This document shows, one piece after another, positions 38,966-49,396 of a stretch of DNA of 64,000 nt. The first letter of the stretch is position 1. Every line of letters begins with the position of its first letter. The DNA comes from a bacterium (GTDB taxonomy: Bacteria > Patescibacteriota > CPR2 > UBA1875 > JAJYID01): contig JAUSJO010000003.1 in the NCBI GenBank assembly GCA_030647205.1, positions 10,602-74,601 on the forward strand, given 5' to 3'. Below the pieces are notes generated by a model. The model worked only from the letters and a program-made list of their open reading frames with translations. It had not been told where the DNA came from and searched no databases. Made by a program: the position numbers and the translations under genes.

Positions 38966-39919
38966 CTATTTCTTTAATATATCTTGAACTTCTTTTATAT
39001 TTTCTGCGACAACTAATTTTTTTCTTAGTTCTGAAGCCCCATCAAATCCTTTAAAATACCAGCCGTAATGTTTGCGCATATCAAATATGCCCTTTTTACC
39101 ACCGAACTCTTCCACACTCATTTCTAAATGCCAGAGAGCTACCTCTACCGTTTCTTCCCAAGTCGGCTTGTAATCCTTCCCCTCTTTCATAGACTGAAAT
39201 ATCCAGGGATTTCCAAGTGCCCCACGGCCAACCATAACTCCATCACAGCCTGAAGTGTTTATTATTTTTTTAGAATCCTCTGCATTTACTACATTCCCGT
39301 TACCAATGACGGGGATGCTAACCAGCTTTTTAATCTCTCCTATCGCTTTCCAGTCGGGTTCGCCTTTGAACCCTTGGCTTTTTGTCCTCCCATGGATAGT
39401 TATAGCATCAACTCCGATCTTTTCTAGTCTTTGCGCAAACTCATGAATATTAAACTCATCCCAGCCAAGACGCATTTTTATAGATAATGGCAGTTTCGTA
39501 GCATCTCTGACCGCCTTCGCTATCTTTAAGGCTAGATCAAAGTCTTGAAGTAGCGCCGAACCTCGTCCGCCGGATACAACTTTCTTTGCCGGACAGCCCA
39601 TATTTATATCTATCCCGTCAGGTTTAATGTTTTCCTCAATCCATTTGGCGGAAACCGCCATTTTTTCGAGGTCTTTTCCAAAGATCTGGATAATATAAGG
39701 CCGTTCTTCTTCGTGAAAACTCATCATTTTTAATGTTTTTTCGCTTTTGTAAAAGACTGCGTCAGCGGCTATCATTTCAGAAAATACAACGTCTGCTCCA
39801 AGTTTTTTGCAAACACGCCTGAATGGAGATGAAGTGATGCCGTCTAGTGGCGCCAAAACAAAAAAGGGACTTTGTATACTTCCCCAAGAAAACGGTTCAT
39901 TTTTAGTATTTTTAACCAA
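38966..39919 (-). CDS. dusB: tRNA-dihydrouridine synthase
   Basis: LAPL.G, IDINMGCP, KMRLGW, IHGRT, GNG, MVGRG..GNPW. Confidence 0.92.
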   Translation of the reverse strand: MVKNTKNEPFSWGSIQSPFFVLAPLDGITSSPFRRVCKKLGADVVFSEMIAADAVFYKSEKTLKMMSFHEEERPYIIQIFGKDLEKMAVSAKWIEENIKPDGIDINMGCPAKKVVSGGRGSALLQDFDLALKIAKAVRDATKLPLSIKMRLGWDEFNIHEFAQRLEKIGVDAITIHGRTKSQGFKGEPDWKAIGEIKKLVSIPVIGNGNVVNAEDSKKIINTSGCDGVMVGRGALGNPWIFQSMKEGKDYKPTWEETVEVALWHLEMSVEEFGGKKGIFDMRKHYGWYFKGFDGASELRKKLVVAENIKEVQDILKK

Positions 39920-40616
39920 TAGCGTTTTCCTTCAAAAACTCTGAAACTTTCGGAATATCCTCGATACAGCCAAGGTCTAGCCAGAAATCCTGAAGCTTCA
40001 GAACTCTCATTTTACCTCTTTCAGCAAGAGTTGAAACTGCATCAGTAAGTTCATATTCACCCCTAGGGCTCTTTTTAAGACTATCAATTATTTCAAATAC
40101 TTCAGGCGTAAACTTATAAAGACCGCTGTTTATAAGATTTCCTACAAATTCCTTTGGTTTTTCATGTATTCTAGCTAATTTTCCGTTTTCTTCAACCAAA
40201 ACACCATATTTTGAAGGGTTTTCTACTTCATATCCGGCAATGTAGTTAAAGTCATCATCTTTTTGCATCGCCATCAGATCATTAACACTCCAGAGATTGT
40301 CTCCTCCCAACACTATAAACTGATCGTTTCCCGCAAAATCCTTTGCTTTTTTGACTGCATAAGCCGTTCCTTCACTACCGCCTTGATCAATGATTTGAGC
40401 ATCAAAGCCCGAACCATCGATATATTTCTCCATTTTTTCTATTTTATGGTTTGCAATGATGGCAAACTTTTTATAACCTGCTTTTTTTAGTGAATCCAAA
40501 AGGTAAAAAAGAAACGGCTTTCCGTTTATTTCTATTAGCTGTTTCGGGATTTTTTCTGTTAGCGGTAGCATCCTTGTTCCCTTGCCGGCTGCCATGATGA
40601 CTGCTTTTTCTATCAT
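39912..40616 (-). CDS. Sugar-phosphate nucleotidyltransferase
   Basis: AAGKGTRMLPLT..PK, EKP, RGEYELTD. Confidence 0.9.
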   Translation of the reverse strand: MIEKAVIMAAGKGTRMLPLTEKIPKQLIEINGKPFLFYLLDSLKKAGYKKFAIIANHKIEKMEKYIDGSGFDAQIIDQGGSEGTAYAVKKAKDFAGNDQFIVLGGDNLWSVNDLMAMQKDDDFNYIAGYEVENPSKYGVLVEENGKLARIHEKPKEFVGNLINSGLYKFTPEVFEIIDSLKKSPRGEYELTDAVSTLAERGKMRVLKLQDFWLDLGCIEDIPKVSEFLKENAIG

Positions 40617-40617
40617 A

Positions 40618-41979
40618 TTAGATTTTCTTTATAGTTGGTCCTGACTGTGTGTCTTCAACCGTGTAACCGAGCTTCTCGATTTCACTGCGAATTTTATCGG
40701 ATTCTACCCAGTTTTTATCTTCTCTAGCATTTTCCCTATTTTCTACTAATTTCTTTACATTTTCGGGGATTATATCCTCTTTGTCGAGGTCTAGTCCGAG
40801 AACTGCCTTATCTACTTCTAGTATAAATTTGACGATCTCTCCAGTTTTCTTCTTTTTTGCATCCTTTATGAAGGAGTAAATGGATGCTAATGCCTGAGAT
40901 GTATTTAGGTCATCATTCATCGCATCAATGAATGATTTGTTAGTGTTGTCTGAACCGGACTCACTACTTAAAGACTTTAACTCTTTAATGTCATTACGTA
41001 GATTTTTCAGTGCTGTATCAGCAGCTTTTATTGATTCATCCGTGAAGTTTAGGGGGTCTCTATAGTGTGCTTGCAAAACTAGCATTCTATACGCTAAGGG
41101 GTCTACTCCCAGGTCTGTAACTCTTACAAGATTTCCTTCAGACTTTCCCATTCTAGTATCTCCAACTAAAAGGAATTCGCTGTGCATCCATATTTTAGCT
41201 GGGATTTTACCTGTCAGTGCTTCCCCTTGTGCGATCTCATTAGTGTGGTGAACATTTACATGGTCAATTCCGCCCGTATGGATATCAAACTGTTCACCAA
41301 GATATTTAAGTCCGATTGCTGAACATTCTAGATGCCAACCGGGAAATCCTTTCCCCCAAGGTGACTCCCACTCCATATCTCTTTTTTTATCCTTAGGTGA
41401 CAATTTCCATAAAGCAAAGTCGGTTTTGTTCTTTTTCTCTTTTATATCGACTCTTTCGCCAGCCCGGAGTCCCTCAATATCAAGTCTTGCCAACTTTCCA
41501 TAATCTTTTAGTTTTGACGTGTCAAAGTACACTCCATCTTCAAGGGCGTAAGTGAATCCTTTTTCCTCTAGTCCTTTTATGAAATCAATTTGATCTTTGA
41601 TTAGATCTGTTGCCTTAACTACTACATCCGGTTTCTTAATGTTTAAGGCTTTTGAGTCCTCAAAAAAAGCATTTGTATATTTTTCTGCTATTTCCCAAGC
41701 GGTTTTTCTTTCCAACTTTGCTTCTTTCTCAACCTTATCTTCACCTGTGTCACTATCGGAGGTTAGGTGCCCAACATCGGTGATATTCATTACATGTTTA
41801 ACACTATAACCAGAATATCTTAGGTAGCGTACCAAAATATCTGCGAAAATATAGGCGCGCATGTTTCCGATATGAGCATAATTATAGACTGTAGGACCGC
41901 AGGTATAAATACCGACTTCTCGATCTTTTGGTTGACTGAAGTCATCTTTTTTTCTGGTTAATGTGTTGTATAGTTTCAT
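40618..41979 (-). CDS. cysS: Cysteine--tRNA ligase
   Basis: CGPTVY..HIGN, PGWHLECS, HHTNE, RMGKS. Confidence 0.97.
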   Translation of the reverse strand: MKLYNTLTRKKDDFSQPKDREVGIYTCGPTVYNYAHIGNMRAYIFADILVRYLRYSGYSVKHVMNITDVGHLTSDSDTGEDKVEKEAKLERKTAWEIAEKYTNAFFEDSKALNIKKPDVVVKATDLIKDQIDFIKGLEEKGFTYALEDGVYFDTSKLKDYGKLARLDIEGLRAGERVDIKEKKNKTDFALWKLSPKDKKRDMEWESPWGKGFPGWHLECSAIGLKYLGEQFDIHTGGIDHVNVHHTNEIAQGEALTGKIPAKIWMHSEFLLVGDTRMGKSEGNLVRVTDLGVDPLAYRMLVLQAHYRDPLNFTDESIKAADTALKNLRNDIKELKSLSSESGSDNTNKSFIDAMNDDLNTSQALASIYSFIKDAKKKKTGEIVKFILEVDKAVLGLDLDKEDIIPENVKKLVENRENAREDKNWVESDKIRSEIEKLGYTVEDTQSGPTIKKI

Positions 41980-43724
41980 TTTGTATAGCTTCCTGACTGG
42001 ATCTTGAATAGTTTGTTGTAGATTCCCTCTTTTTTCACCAGTTCATCGTGGGTTCCCATCTCTGATATTTTACCCTTATCGAGCACAACTATCAAATCAG
42101 CCTTCATGACCGTAGAAAGTCTGTGAGCGATGATTATAGAAGTTCTGCCTTCAATTAACTTCCAAAGAGCGTCTTGGATGAGTTTTTCGCTCTCAGAATC
42201 TAGGTGAGATGTAGCTTCATCGAGAACTAAGATCGGCGGATTTTTAAGTACTGCACGGGCAATATTTATCCTTTGTTGCTCGCCGCCTGAAAGCTTCACC
42301 CCTCTTTCGCCGACGATTGTTTCATATCCTGATTCTAGTTTACTGACAAATTCATGAGCATGAGCGATTTTTGCTGCCTTTAACACCTCGCTCATTTTAG
42401 CTTTGTTTTTGGCATATGCAATGTTGTTGTAGGCGGTATCGTTGAAAATAGCCGTATCTTGTAAAACTACGCCAATGTTTTGTCTTAATGACTTTTGCGT
42501 GACTTTCTTGATATCTTTTCCGTCAATCAGTATTTGTCCTGCCTGGGGGTCATAAAACCTCATTAGCAGCTTGACTAGCGTTGACTTTCCGACCCCGCTT
42601 TTGCCCACGATTGCCACTACGCTTCCCGCAGGGATTTTAAGACTTAAACCGTTTATAACATTGCGGTTGTTGTATTTGAATTTAACATTACGAAGCTCAA
42701 CTCCACCTTTTACTTCTTTCAGCTGTGTAGCATTATCGAGATCTTTTATGTCTTCCTTTGCGTCAAGAGTATCAAAAAGTCTGCGTACACTTCTCATATC
42801 TCTTTGTATACTGTCATATACTCTGGTCAAATACCAAAGCGGTCCGTACGCTCTACCAACATACGTCCATGCCATAACAAGAGTTCCCATTGTTATTTTA
42901 CCGGTTGCGGCCCAGTAAGCGCCAAGCAATAAGATCAATATCTGAGAAGAATCAGAAACAGAGAACCTAAAGATATTCATTTTTATTCTCTTTTTATTTC
43001 TGTCCATATTTGCGTTCAAAAGATCGGCCAGGGTTTTGTTAAATTGCTTCGCATGCCTGTCTTCTGTTGCAAATGATTTAACGGTTTTTATATTACCAAT
43101 TGTCTCGACATTTACGGTCATTGCTTTCTCTCTTGCGTCACGAACTCTGTCTTGGTAAAAGTTAAGGGTCTTTGTAAAAAGGAGGCTAAGAATAATAAAA
43201 GCAGGGATACCGACAAATATAATCAGCCCGAAAGCAGCGCTAATGTTGAACAAGAAGAACATTGCAACCAAAATGTAAATTATCTGAGGAAGAATATCGG
43301 TAAGTGAAGCATCTAAAATACTCTGTATATCGCTGCTACCCTGAGTAATTCTTTCAGTGACTTTACCGGTAGCTTCTTTTTCAAAAAAAGTAATCGAAAG
43401 ACGTTCTAGATGGCCAAAAACCTTTGATGATATGTGGTTTCTCGTTTTTAACCACCACATTGATGAGTAGAAATCGTTAATCAGGGTTATAGCATCTTTG
43501 GCAACAGTGATAAGTAAATAGAGCAAAAAGTATTTATAAAGATCATTTATGTTTGATAAGTCAAAACCATTTTTAAATTGTTTTTCTAGGAAATCAAATA
43601 TTAGCTTCAATACTAATGGTACTGTTGCATCTAGCCCGGTCCCTAAAATTGCAAGAAAAAAAACGACGACTGTTAGTCTTTTTTCCAATGCCCCCATTTT
43701 TAAAACACGTAAATAATCTCTCAT
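41976..43724 (-). CDS. ABC exporter, fused TMD-NBD
   Basis: GKSGVGKST, LSGGEQQR, LDEATS, IAHRLST. Confidence 0.95.
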   Translation of the reverse strand: MRDYLRVLKMGALEKRLTVVVFFLAILGTGLDATVPLVLKLIFDFLEKQFKNGFDLSNINDLYKYFLLYLLITVAKDAITLINDFYSSMWWLKTRNHISSKVFGHLERLSITFFEKEATGKVTERITQGSSDIQSILDASLTDILPQIIYILVAMFFLFNISAAFGLIIFVGIPAFIILSLLFTKTLNFYQDRVRDAREKAMTVNVETIGNIKTVKSFATEDRHAKQFNKTLADLLNANMDRNKKRIKMNIFRFSVSDSSQILILLLGAYWAATGKITMGTLVMAWTYVGRAYGPLWYLTRVYDSIQRDMRSVRRLFDTLDAKEDIKDLDNATQLKEVKGGVELRNVKFKYNNRNVINGLSLKIPAGSVVAIVGKSGVGKSTLVKLLMRFYDPQAGQILIDGKDIKKVTQKSLRQNIGVVLQDTAIFNDTAYNNIAYAKNKAKMSEVLKAAKIAHAHEFVSKLESGYETIVGERGVKLSGGEQQRINIARAVLKNPPILVLDEATSHLDSESEKLIQDALWKLIEGRTSIIIAHRLSTVMKADLIVVLDKGKISEMGTHDELVKKEGIYNKLFKIQSGSYTK

Positions 43725-43786
43725 ATTTTCTCTAATTAAAATAAAGCACAACTATTTTACATTTTTTGGGACAAGAAAGAAAGTGT

Positions 43787-44710
43787 TTAGAGCCACCTTT
43801 TTTTATTAAAGAACAAAAGCATAAGTATTACGACGGATATCATGAGCCCGCCAACAAACATAAACGAGAAATCTGTCTCTGCGAAAGGCAGTGTTCTAAT
43901 ATTCATCCCATAAATTCCGGAAAGTAGCGTGAGTGGAAGTATAATTACAGAAAAAATAGTTAGTAGCTTGATAATGTCGTTTGTCTGGTTTGATACTAAT
44001 GATTCGTAAGTGCTGATTAGTGAATCAACTATTTCTTTCTGGTTTTCAAGCAAATCCCAAATCTTTTCTACCATGTCTCCTATATCGTCAAAATATACAT
44101 CTACATCTTCTATTAAAAAAATTGCTTTTGTATGCTCAAGTGTATCCAACATCTCTTTTTGAGGTTTTATAATTCTTCTGAAATTTATTATTTCTTGACG
44201 TAGAGCGGAAAACTCTCGTATAAGATCTCTAGGCTTTTCACTTTTAGAGAATATCTTATCGTCTAGAACCTCTATTCTTTCGTAGATCTTATCAATCATT
44301 TTAAAACAGTTGCTATATAGCGTAGTCATAAGTTCATGTAGGAGTAAACCTGGGCTGCCGCTTGATATTTCTTTGAAGAATTCCTTATCATTACTGCACT
44401 TTTCGAAGAGCTGTACTAAAAGTTTTTGATTGCCATTATGCACTGTGATTAGGTAATTTTTTCCGATGAAAATATCTACTTCTGATATGACCAGACGTCT
44501 TGATCCCTTGAAGTATCGTGGAAAGTGCGTGACCATAAATAAGTAGTCTTCATATTGGTCAATCTTAGGTCTTTGGATATTTGACATACAGTCTTCAAGA
44601 TCAAGTTCGTGAAACCCAAACTTTTTAGATAGATAGCTTATGTCTTTTTCTTCCGCGTTTACAACATCTATCCATGTAATGGAACCATTTTTTATTTCAG
44701 TTTTTGCCAT
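43787..44710 (-). CDS. corA: CorA-family Mg2+ transporter
   Basis: QRPKID, LPLT..SGIYGMN. Confidence 0.92.
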   Translation of the reverse strand: MAKTEIKNGSITWIDVVNAEEKDISYLSKKFGFHELDLEDCMSNIQRPKIDQYEDYLFMVTHFPRYFKGSRRLVISEVDIFIGKNYLITVHNGNQKLLVQLFEKCSNDKEFFKEISSGSPGLLLHELMTTLYSNCFKMIDKIYERIEVLDDKIFSKSEKPRDLIREFSALRQEIINFRRIIKPQKEMLDTLEHTKAIFLIEDVDVYFDDIGDMVEKIWDLLENQKEIVDSLISTYESLVSNQTNDIIKLLTIFSVIILPLTLLSGIYGMNIRTLPFAETDFSFMFVGGLMISVVILMLLFFNKKRWL

Positions 44711-44789
44711 AGTAAAAATATCTTTTTAACGTTTATTCATAATTATTTTATCTTTATTCAGGTGGGAATGAAAGTCTTGAGTTGAAGTC

Positions 44790-45389
44790 TTAGTAATCCA
44801 GCCTTCCCTCGATAGCCCTCGATAGCGTTACCTCATCAGCATACTCTAGGTCTCCGCCGACAGGCAGGCCGCGGGCAATTCTTGTTATTTTGATATCTAA
44901 CGGGTTTACGAGCTTCTGGATATATAGAGCCGTTGCCTCTCCTTCTACACTAGGGTTAGTGGCCAGAATAATTTCTTCTGTATTTCCCTCTTTGAGACGA
45001 CTAACCAGTTCTCTGATAAAAAGGTCGTCCGGCCCAACACCTTCAATCGGTGATATAACCCCGCCTAGAACGTGGTAAAGGCCCTGAAACTTCCCCGTTT
45101 TCTCTATTGCAACCACATCAAGAGGTTCTTCAACAACGCAAATACTCGTTTTTTCTCTTCTTTGATCGTCACATATATGGCATGGGTCGCTTTCTGCAAT
45201 ATTTGAGCAAGTTGAGCAAGTCACTATATCCTTTTTTAGATCCAAAATTGCAGATCCGAACTCTCCCAAGTCTTTATCAGAACTTCTCAAAAGATAAAAA
45301 GTCAGCCTTTGGGCGGTTTTGGGACCGATCCCGGGAAGGCTTGCAAACTCATCTATAAGTTTTTGAACATTTTGGGGGATTACTCGCAT
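44790..45389 (-). CDS. recR: Recombination protein RecR
   Basis: LPGIGPKTAQR, C4 zinc finger, YHVLGG, TRIARGLPVG. Confidence 0.97.
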   Translation of the reverse strand: MRVIPQNVQKLIDEFASLPGIGPKTAQRLTFYLLRSSDKDLGEFGSAILDLKKDIVTCSTCSNIAESDPCHICDDQRREKTSICVVEEPLDVVAIEKTGKFQGLYHVLGGVISPIEGVGPDDLFIRELVSRLKEGNTEEIILATNPSVEGEATALYIQKLVNPLDIKITRIARGLPVGGDLEYADEVTLSRAIEGRLDY

Positions 45390-45399
45390 GGAATATTTC

Positions 45400-45696
45400 T
45401 TAAAATGGCATTCCGCCGCCCATACCGCCCATGACGTCTTTCATCATGCTTTGGGCAACTTTCTGAGCTTTTTCTGTCACGCTATCCATCGCGCTTTTAA
45501 TATCTTTTTCTAGTTGTCTAACATCGTCAACTTCATCAGAAGTAATTTCAACCGACTGAACCTTCATTTCGCCGTTCATCTTTACCTTGATATCTCCGGA
45601 TTCTGCTTCTACGATCTCACCCTTTAGTTTTTTCTGTATTTCGCGGGCTTTTTTTACAAACTCATATTGTTCCTTGGCTTTACCAAACATGGCCAT
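45400..45696 (-). CDS. ybaB: YbaB/EbfC nucleoid-associated protein
   Basis: Size, sequence pattern and position upstream of recR. Confidence 0.85.
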   Translation of the reverse strand: MAMFGKAKEQYEFVKKAREIQKKLKGEIVEAESGDIKVKMNGEMKVQSVEITSDEVDDVRQLEKDIKSAMDSVTEKAQKVAQSMMKDVMGGMGGGMPF

Positions 45697-45860
45697 AACA
45701 TATTCTCCTGTTAAATAGTAAACCTATTTTAGCACTCAATAAGCACAAAAAAAAGTGGATTCTATAAAAAGTTCTAGCTGTTATAAGTGTTGGATCGTTT
45801 CACTTATTTGATTTGTGTCGTGGTCACAATTCCCACAGCTCCTGCAATTCTAAAAACCCC

Positions 45861-47396
45861 CTACTTCTCATACAGTACTGCTTTTACGCCGTTTTCTTTA
45901 TTGTCTTCGTAGATAACTCTACTTTTTGCTGTGTTTAAAAGACAATTTGAAAAGTATTTTTTATCGCCCGTTTTTCCTATAATAAACACTCGTCCTTGAG
46001 TTCCCATGGTGATTGCTTCGTTTTCAGATACTACATATGCCCCTTGTTGATCGTAGAAAAGAGATGATTCCCCATATCCATCAACCGGAGCAGAGATCAG
46101 ACGAATCTTTTTGTCGCCAAAGTAGTACGAGCCATCGAGAAATGTATAGAGTTCTCCAGACAAAACGACATCACCTGGGCGCATTTCTTTTTTTACGGTC
46201 TCAGAAAGTGCTTTCATTTGATGACTGGTATCATCGTGCATCTGCAGATTCCCGATGATTAAAACGACAATAACAATGCCGCCCACTATCATCCTAACCG
46301 TTTTATTTTTGATTACTGAGATTGCAATACCCCACAGAGCCAGAATGGCAACAGCTGAAAACGGGAAATATCTGTCTTGATATACCGGTGTTTTTAGTTT
46401 TGAAAGAGTGAAAACCAGTATCATTGGCAAATAGCCATACAGAAGGAATAGCGAAGTCCTCTTTCTTAGATTCTTTTTAAACAAAAGAACAAGCCCGGAG
46501 CCGATTAAAAACACAGCTAATAGCCAATACAAAATCATTCCGATTAAATCACCATAGTTGCTTCCGTCAAGGTGGGCATAAATTAGGAATTGGGTTAGAT
46601 TATTTGGAATAGTTCTTTCATTGATCCACTCCGGCTTGATCCAGTAGCTTCCGCTTACTCTGGTAACTTGTTTGTATGCCACAGGGAACCATGGTAGATA
46701 CAAAATTACCGGCGCAAGACCTGCTAGCCACCATTTGTAATTAAAGATTCCTACATGTTTTTTAAATGAATCTTTCCATTTGAGAGTGAAGAACCCTGGT
46801 GTTATAGCGGCCACGATAATCCATTGGACCATTATTACAAAAAATGCATAATATTGGGTGTAGATAGCTGCGGTCATTGAGAGCGCATAAAAAATCAAGG
46901 CTCGGCTATTTTTTTCTTTGATGAATTTGACCAGGTAATATGTCCCTAGAGTTGTAAAAAATGCGACAATCCCATACATCCGAGCTTCTTGTGCAAAGCG
47001 GACCATAAACGGAGAAAGTGCTACGAGCATTGCTGCCCAAAAGGCTGATTCTTTTGAAAAGAGTTTCTCAACGATCTTATAAACAAGATAGACGATCCCA
47101 ATAGAGAAAAGTACTGAAAGAGACCTGATAGCAAGTTCTGAGGTACCAAAAACGCTCACCCATAGTTTTGCTATCAGGTAGTAGCCTGGAGGATGAACAT
47201 CGCGAGCAGTTCGGGATACAATTTCAACCGGATTATAGCGCAGGAGCCACATCGTATAGCCCTCGTCGTGCCAAATGCTTGATGCTGTCATACCATATGT
47301 TCTTACAAGCATTCCAAAAAACACAGGATATATCCAAAGCTTATCTGTTGGTATCCCAAATATTTTTTTTAGCTTTGAACTATTTGCTGTATTCAT
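45861..47396 (-). CDS. GT-C (PMT/ArnT-like) glycosyltransferase
   Basis: SIWHDE, DVHPPGYY, AQEARMY; multi-TM. Confidence 0.88.
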   Translation of the reverse strand: MNTANSSKLKKIFGIPTDKLWIYPVFFGMLVRTYGMTASSIWHDEGYTMWLLRYNPVEIVSRTARDVHPPGYYLIAKLWVSVFGTSELAIRSLSVLFSIGIVYLVYKIVEKLFSKESAFWAAMLVALSPFMVRFAQEARMYGIVAFFTTLGTYYLVKFIKEKNSRALIFYALSMTAAIYTQYYAFFVIMVQWIIVAAITPGFFTLKWKDSFKKHVGIFNYKWWLAGLAPVILYLPWFPVAYKQVTRVSGSYWIKPEWINERTIPNNLTQFLIYAHLDGSNYGDLIGMILYWLLAVFLIGSGLVLLFKKNLRKRTSLFLLYGYLPMILVFTLSKLKTPVYQDRYFPFSAVAILALWGIAISVIKNKTVRMIVGGIVIVVLIIGNLQMHDDTSHQMKALSETVKKEMRPGDVVLSGELYTFLDGSYYFGDKKIRLISAPVDGYGESSLFYDQQGAYVVSENEAITMGTQGRVFIIGKTGDKKYFSNCLLNTAKSRVIYEDNKENGVKAVLYEK

Positions 47397-48939
47397 AATA
47401 TATTATTCTTTTATCCGCTTTTGATGGAACGGCGGTAAACCCTTTATCAAACCCTATCTTTTCAAGCTCTTTTATCGCGTCATCTTTCCACTCACGCTCT
47501 AAATATATTTTATAGTGTCCTTGAGGCAGTTTCAAATCTTTTATGGTGTATACCTCATATCTTTCGTAAGTCTTCCCAGTCGGATGGATCATGAAGTCGA
47601 CTGTTTTTGTCCCATATTCTCCCATAAGAATAATGAGTTTAGTATCTTGCGGCTGTTTTTTGATATCTTCGGCTACGGCGACCATGTTTTCAGCATAGGC
47701 TTCATGTGCCTCAGAGTAACTTGGGAATACTATGAAGTATTTGTAGAAACCGGCGGCTCCAGAGATAACCAAAATTAAGGCTATACCAACTGGTAGTACT
47801 TGTTTAATTTTAACTTTTTCCAAAAACCAGTTTAGGCCGATAGCGGACCACAAAAATACAACAGGGATAACTCCGACTATTCGAAGTGCATGTGGTATAC
47901 CTTCTGATGTTAGAAGTTCAGGCAGCGAAAGCGCACCAACCCACATCACTAATAAGAAATATTCTATTTTTCTTATTCTAATAAGGCTTATTACTACTCC
48001 AACCCACATGAGTACGCCAATAAAAATATCAAGCATTGGCAATCCGGCGACATTATGTCGGAAGTTTTGATCGCCCTTGAAGTTGAACATTTCAGCTGTT
48101 TTAACTACGTTGTCAGCCAGCGCCTTTATAGGACTTCCACCATTTGTTTCGGAGTTAAAAATGCTTGTAGATGCGCGTCCTGCTAAATCTGCCGGAACAT
48201 GGATAAAGTGGACTATCATCGGTAGCATAACTATCATAAACGTGATAGCAAGATAGATAATATTTTTTGAATTCTTCTTTATAAATTTTTTATCTGCAAC
48301 AAGGATATAGATAAGCAGTGCTATCAAAATCAAAGGAGTCATTCTAAAAGAAAGGTAGGTATAGAAACCTAGTGCAAAAGTTATACCGGTAGCAATATAA
48401 TCTTTCATTTTCCCGTTTTTGTAAGCGCGGATGAAAAAGTAGAAAAGAAATACGAGCGCTAGTGGCGCCATTATCGCCCGGAAGCCATTACGCGAAAACT
48501 GAATATGCCACGCGCTGACAGCGAGTGCCGCTGCCGCAAAAAGGCCGACATTTTTGTTAAATAGTTCTTTTCCTAAAAGATAAATACCATATACAGTCGC
48601 AACGCCGATAATAGCAGGTGCGATTCTGAGTGATAAAGGCGTGAAGTTCAGGAATGTCCAGCCGGTGACTTTTCCTATCAAAACAGGAATAGCCTGCAGA
48701 TAGAGAAAAAGCGCTTCTCTGGGTCCGTTTGTGTCATAAATAGCAGCGAATTTGTGTGCATCAAGCATGCTGATAACGTCGAGTCCATTTGCTGCCTCAT
48801 CAGGGTGAAGTCCTGGTGGAAGGCTTGAAAGCCTGAAAAATCTAAGGAATGAAGCAATAATAAGTATAAATGCAACTAGCCAATTCTCACGAATAAATTT
48901 ATTTTTGACCTTGATACCCGAAACCTTGGATTTTCCCAT
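47380..48939 (-). CDS. GT-C (PMT/ArnT-like) glycosyltransferase
   Basis: PPGLHPDEA, WHIQFSR; multi-TM. Confidence 0.88.
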   Translation of the reverse strand: MGKSKVSGIKVKNKFIRENWLVAFILIIASFLRFFRLSSLPPGLHPDEAANGLDVISMLDAHKFAAIYDTNGPREALFLYLQAIPVLIGKVTGWTFLNFTPLSLRIAPAIIGVATVYGIYLLGKELFNKNVGLFAAAALAVSAWHIQFSRNGFRAIMAPLALVFLFYFFIRAYKNGKMKDYIATGITFALGFYTYLSFRMTPLILIALLIYILVADKKFIKKNSKNIIYLAITFMIVMLPMIVHFIHVPADLAGRASTSIFNSETNGGSPIKALADNVVKTAEMFNFKGDQNFRHNVAGLPMLDIFIGVLMWVGVVISLIRIRKIEYFLLVMWVGALSLPELLTSEGIPHALRIVGVIPVVFLWSAIGLNWFLEKVKIKQVLPVGIALILVISGAAGFYKYFIVFPSYSEAHEAYAENMVAVAEDIKKQPQDTKLIILMGEYGTKTVDFMIHPTGKTYERYEVYTIKDLKLPQGHYKIYLEREWKDDAIKELEKIGFDKGFTAVPSKADKRIIYYEYSK

Positions 48940-48940
48940 A

Positions 48941-49396
48941 CTACCCTCCTATGTTACATGATTTACCTAAACTTTTTATTTTTCCTACATAAAACTCTAT
49001 GTTTGTGCCCTTGTTTAAAGTAAGCTCCTCACCTTTCATTTTTTTAATGAAATCGCTTATTTTGGTATCTGGTTTTTCGTATAGTAAAACTATTTCTTCG
49101 TTTGAGCATTTAATGCTACTTAGGTCATCTCCATTAACAATGTTTACCTCTTTCTTAAAGAAACTTTCGGCCACAGCGTTACCTTGAACTATGAAATACT
49201 TATCAAGAAATGAAGGTCGTGACTTTGAATAAGCATACATTTCTGTATATTTATCTGAGTTTTTAACAAACTGCTTTTTTATCAAGTTGTATGTTGAGTC
49301 GTTGAAGAACACCCAAAGTGAGAACAAAATAAAAACTGCCAAACAGAATTTTACGGCATTCTTAATCTTTTTATTTTTTGTTTGAGTATTTGCCAC
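48941..49396 (-). CDS. Membrane-anchored hypothetical protein
   Basis: N-terminal TM; operonic overlap. Confidence 0.7.
   Translation of the reverse strand: MANTQTKNKKIKNAVKFCLAVFILFSLWVFFNDSTYNLIKKQFVKNSDKYTEMYAYSKSRPSFLDKYFIVQGNAVAESFFKKEVNIVNGDDLSSIKCSNEEIVLLYEKPDTKISDFIKKMKGEELTLNKGTNIEFYVGKIKSLGKSCNIGG

Noticed and set aside
45729-45738. TTAGCACTC CIRCE half-site upstream of ybaB
   Set aside because: The second half-site is absent; it overlaps a probable -10 element
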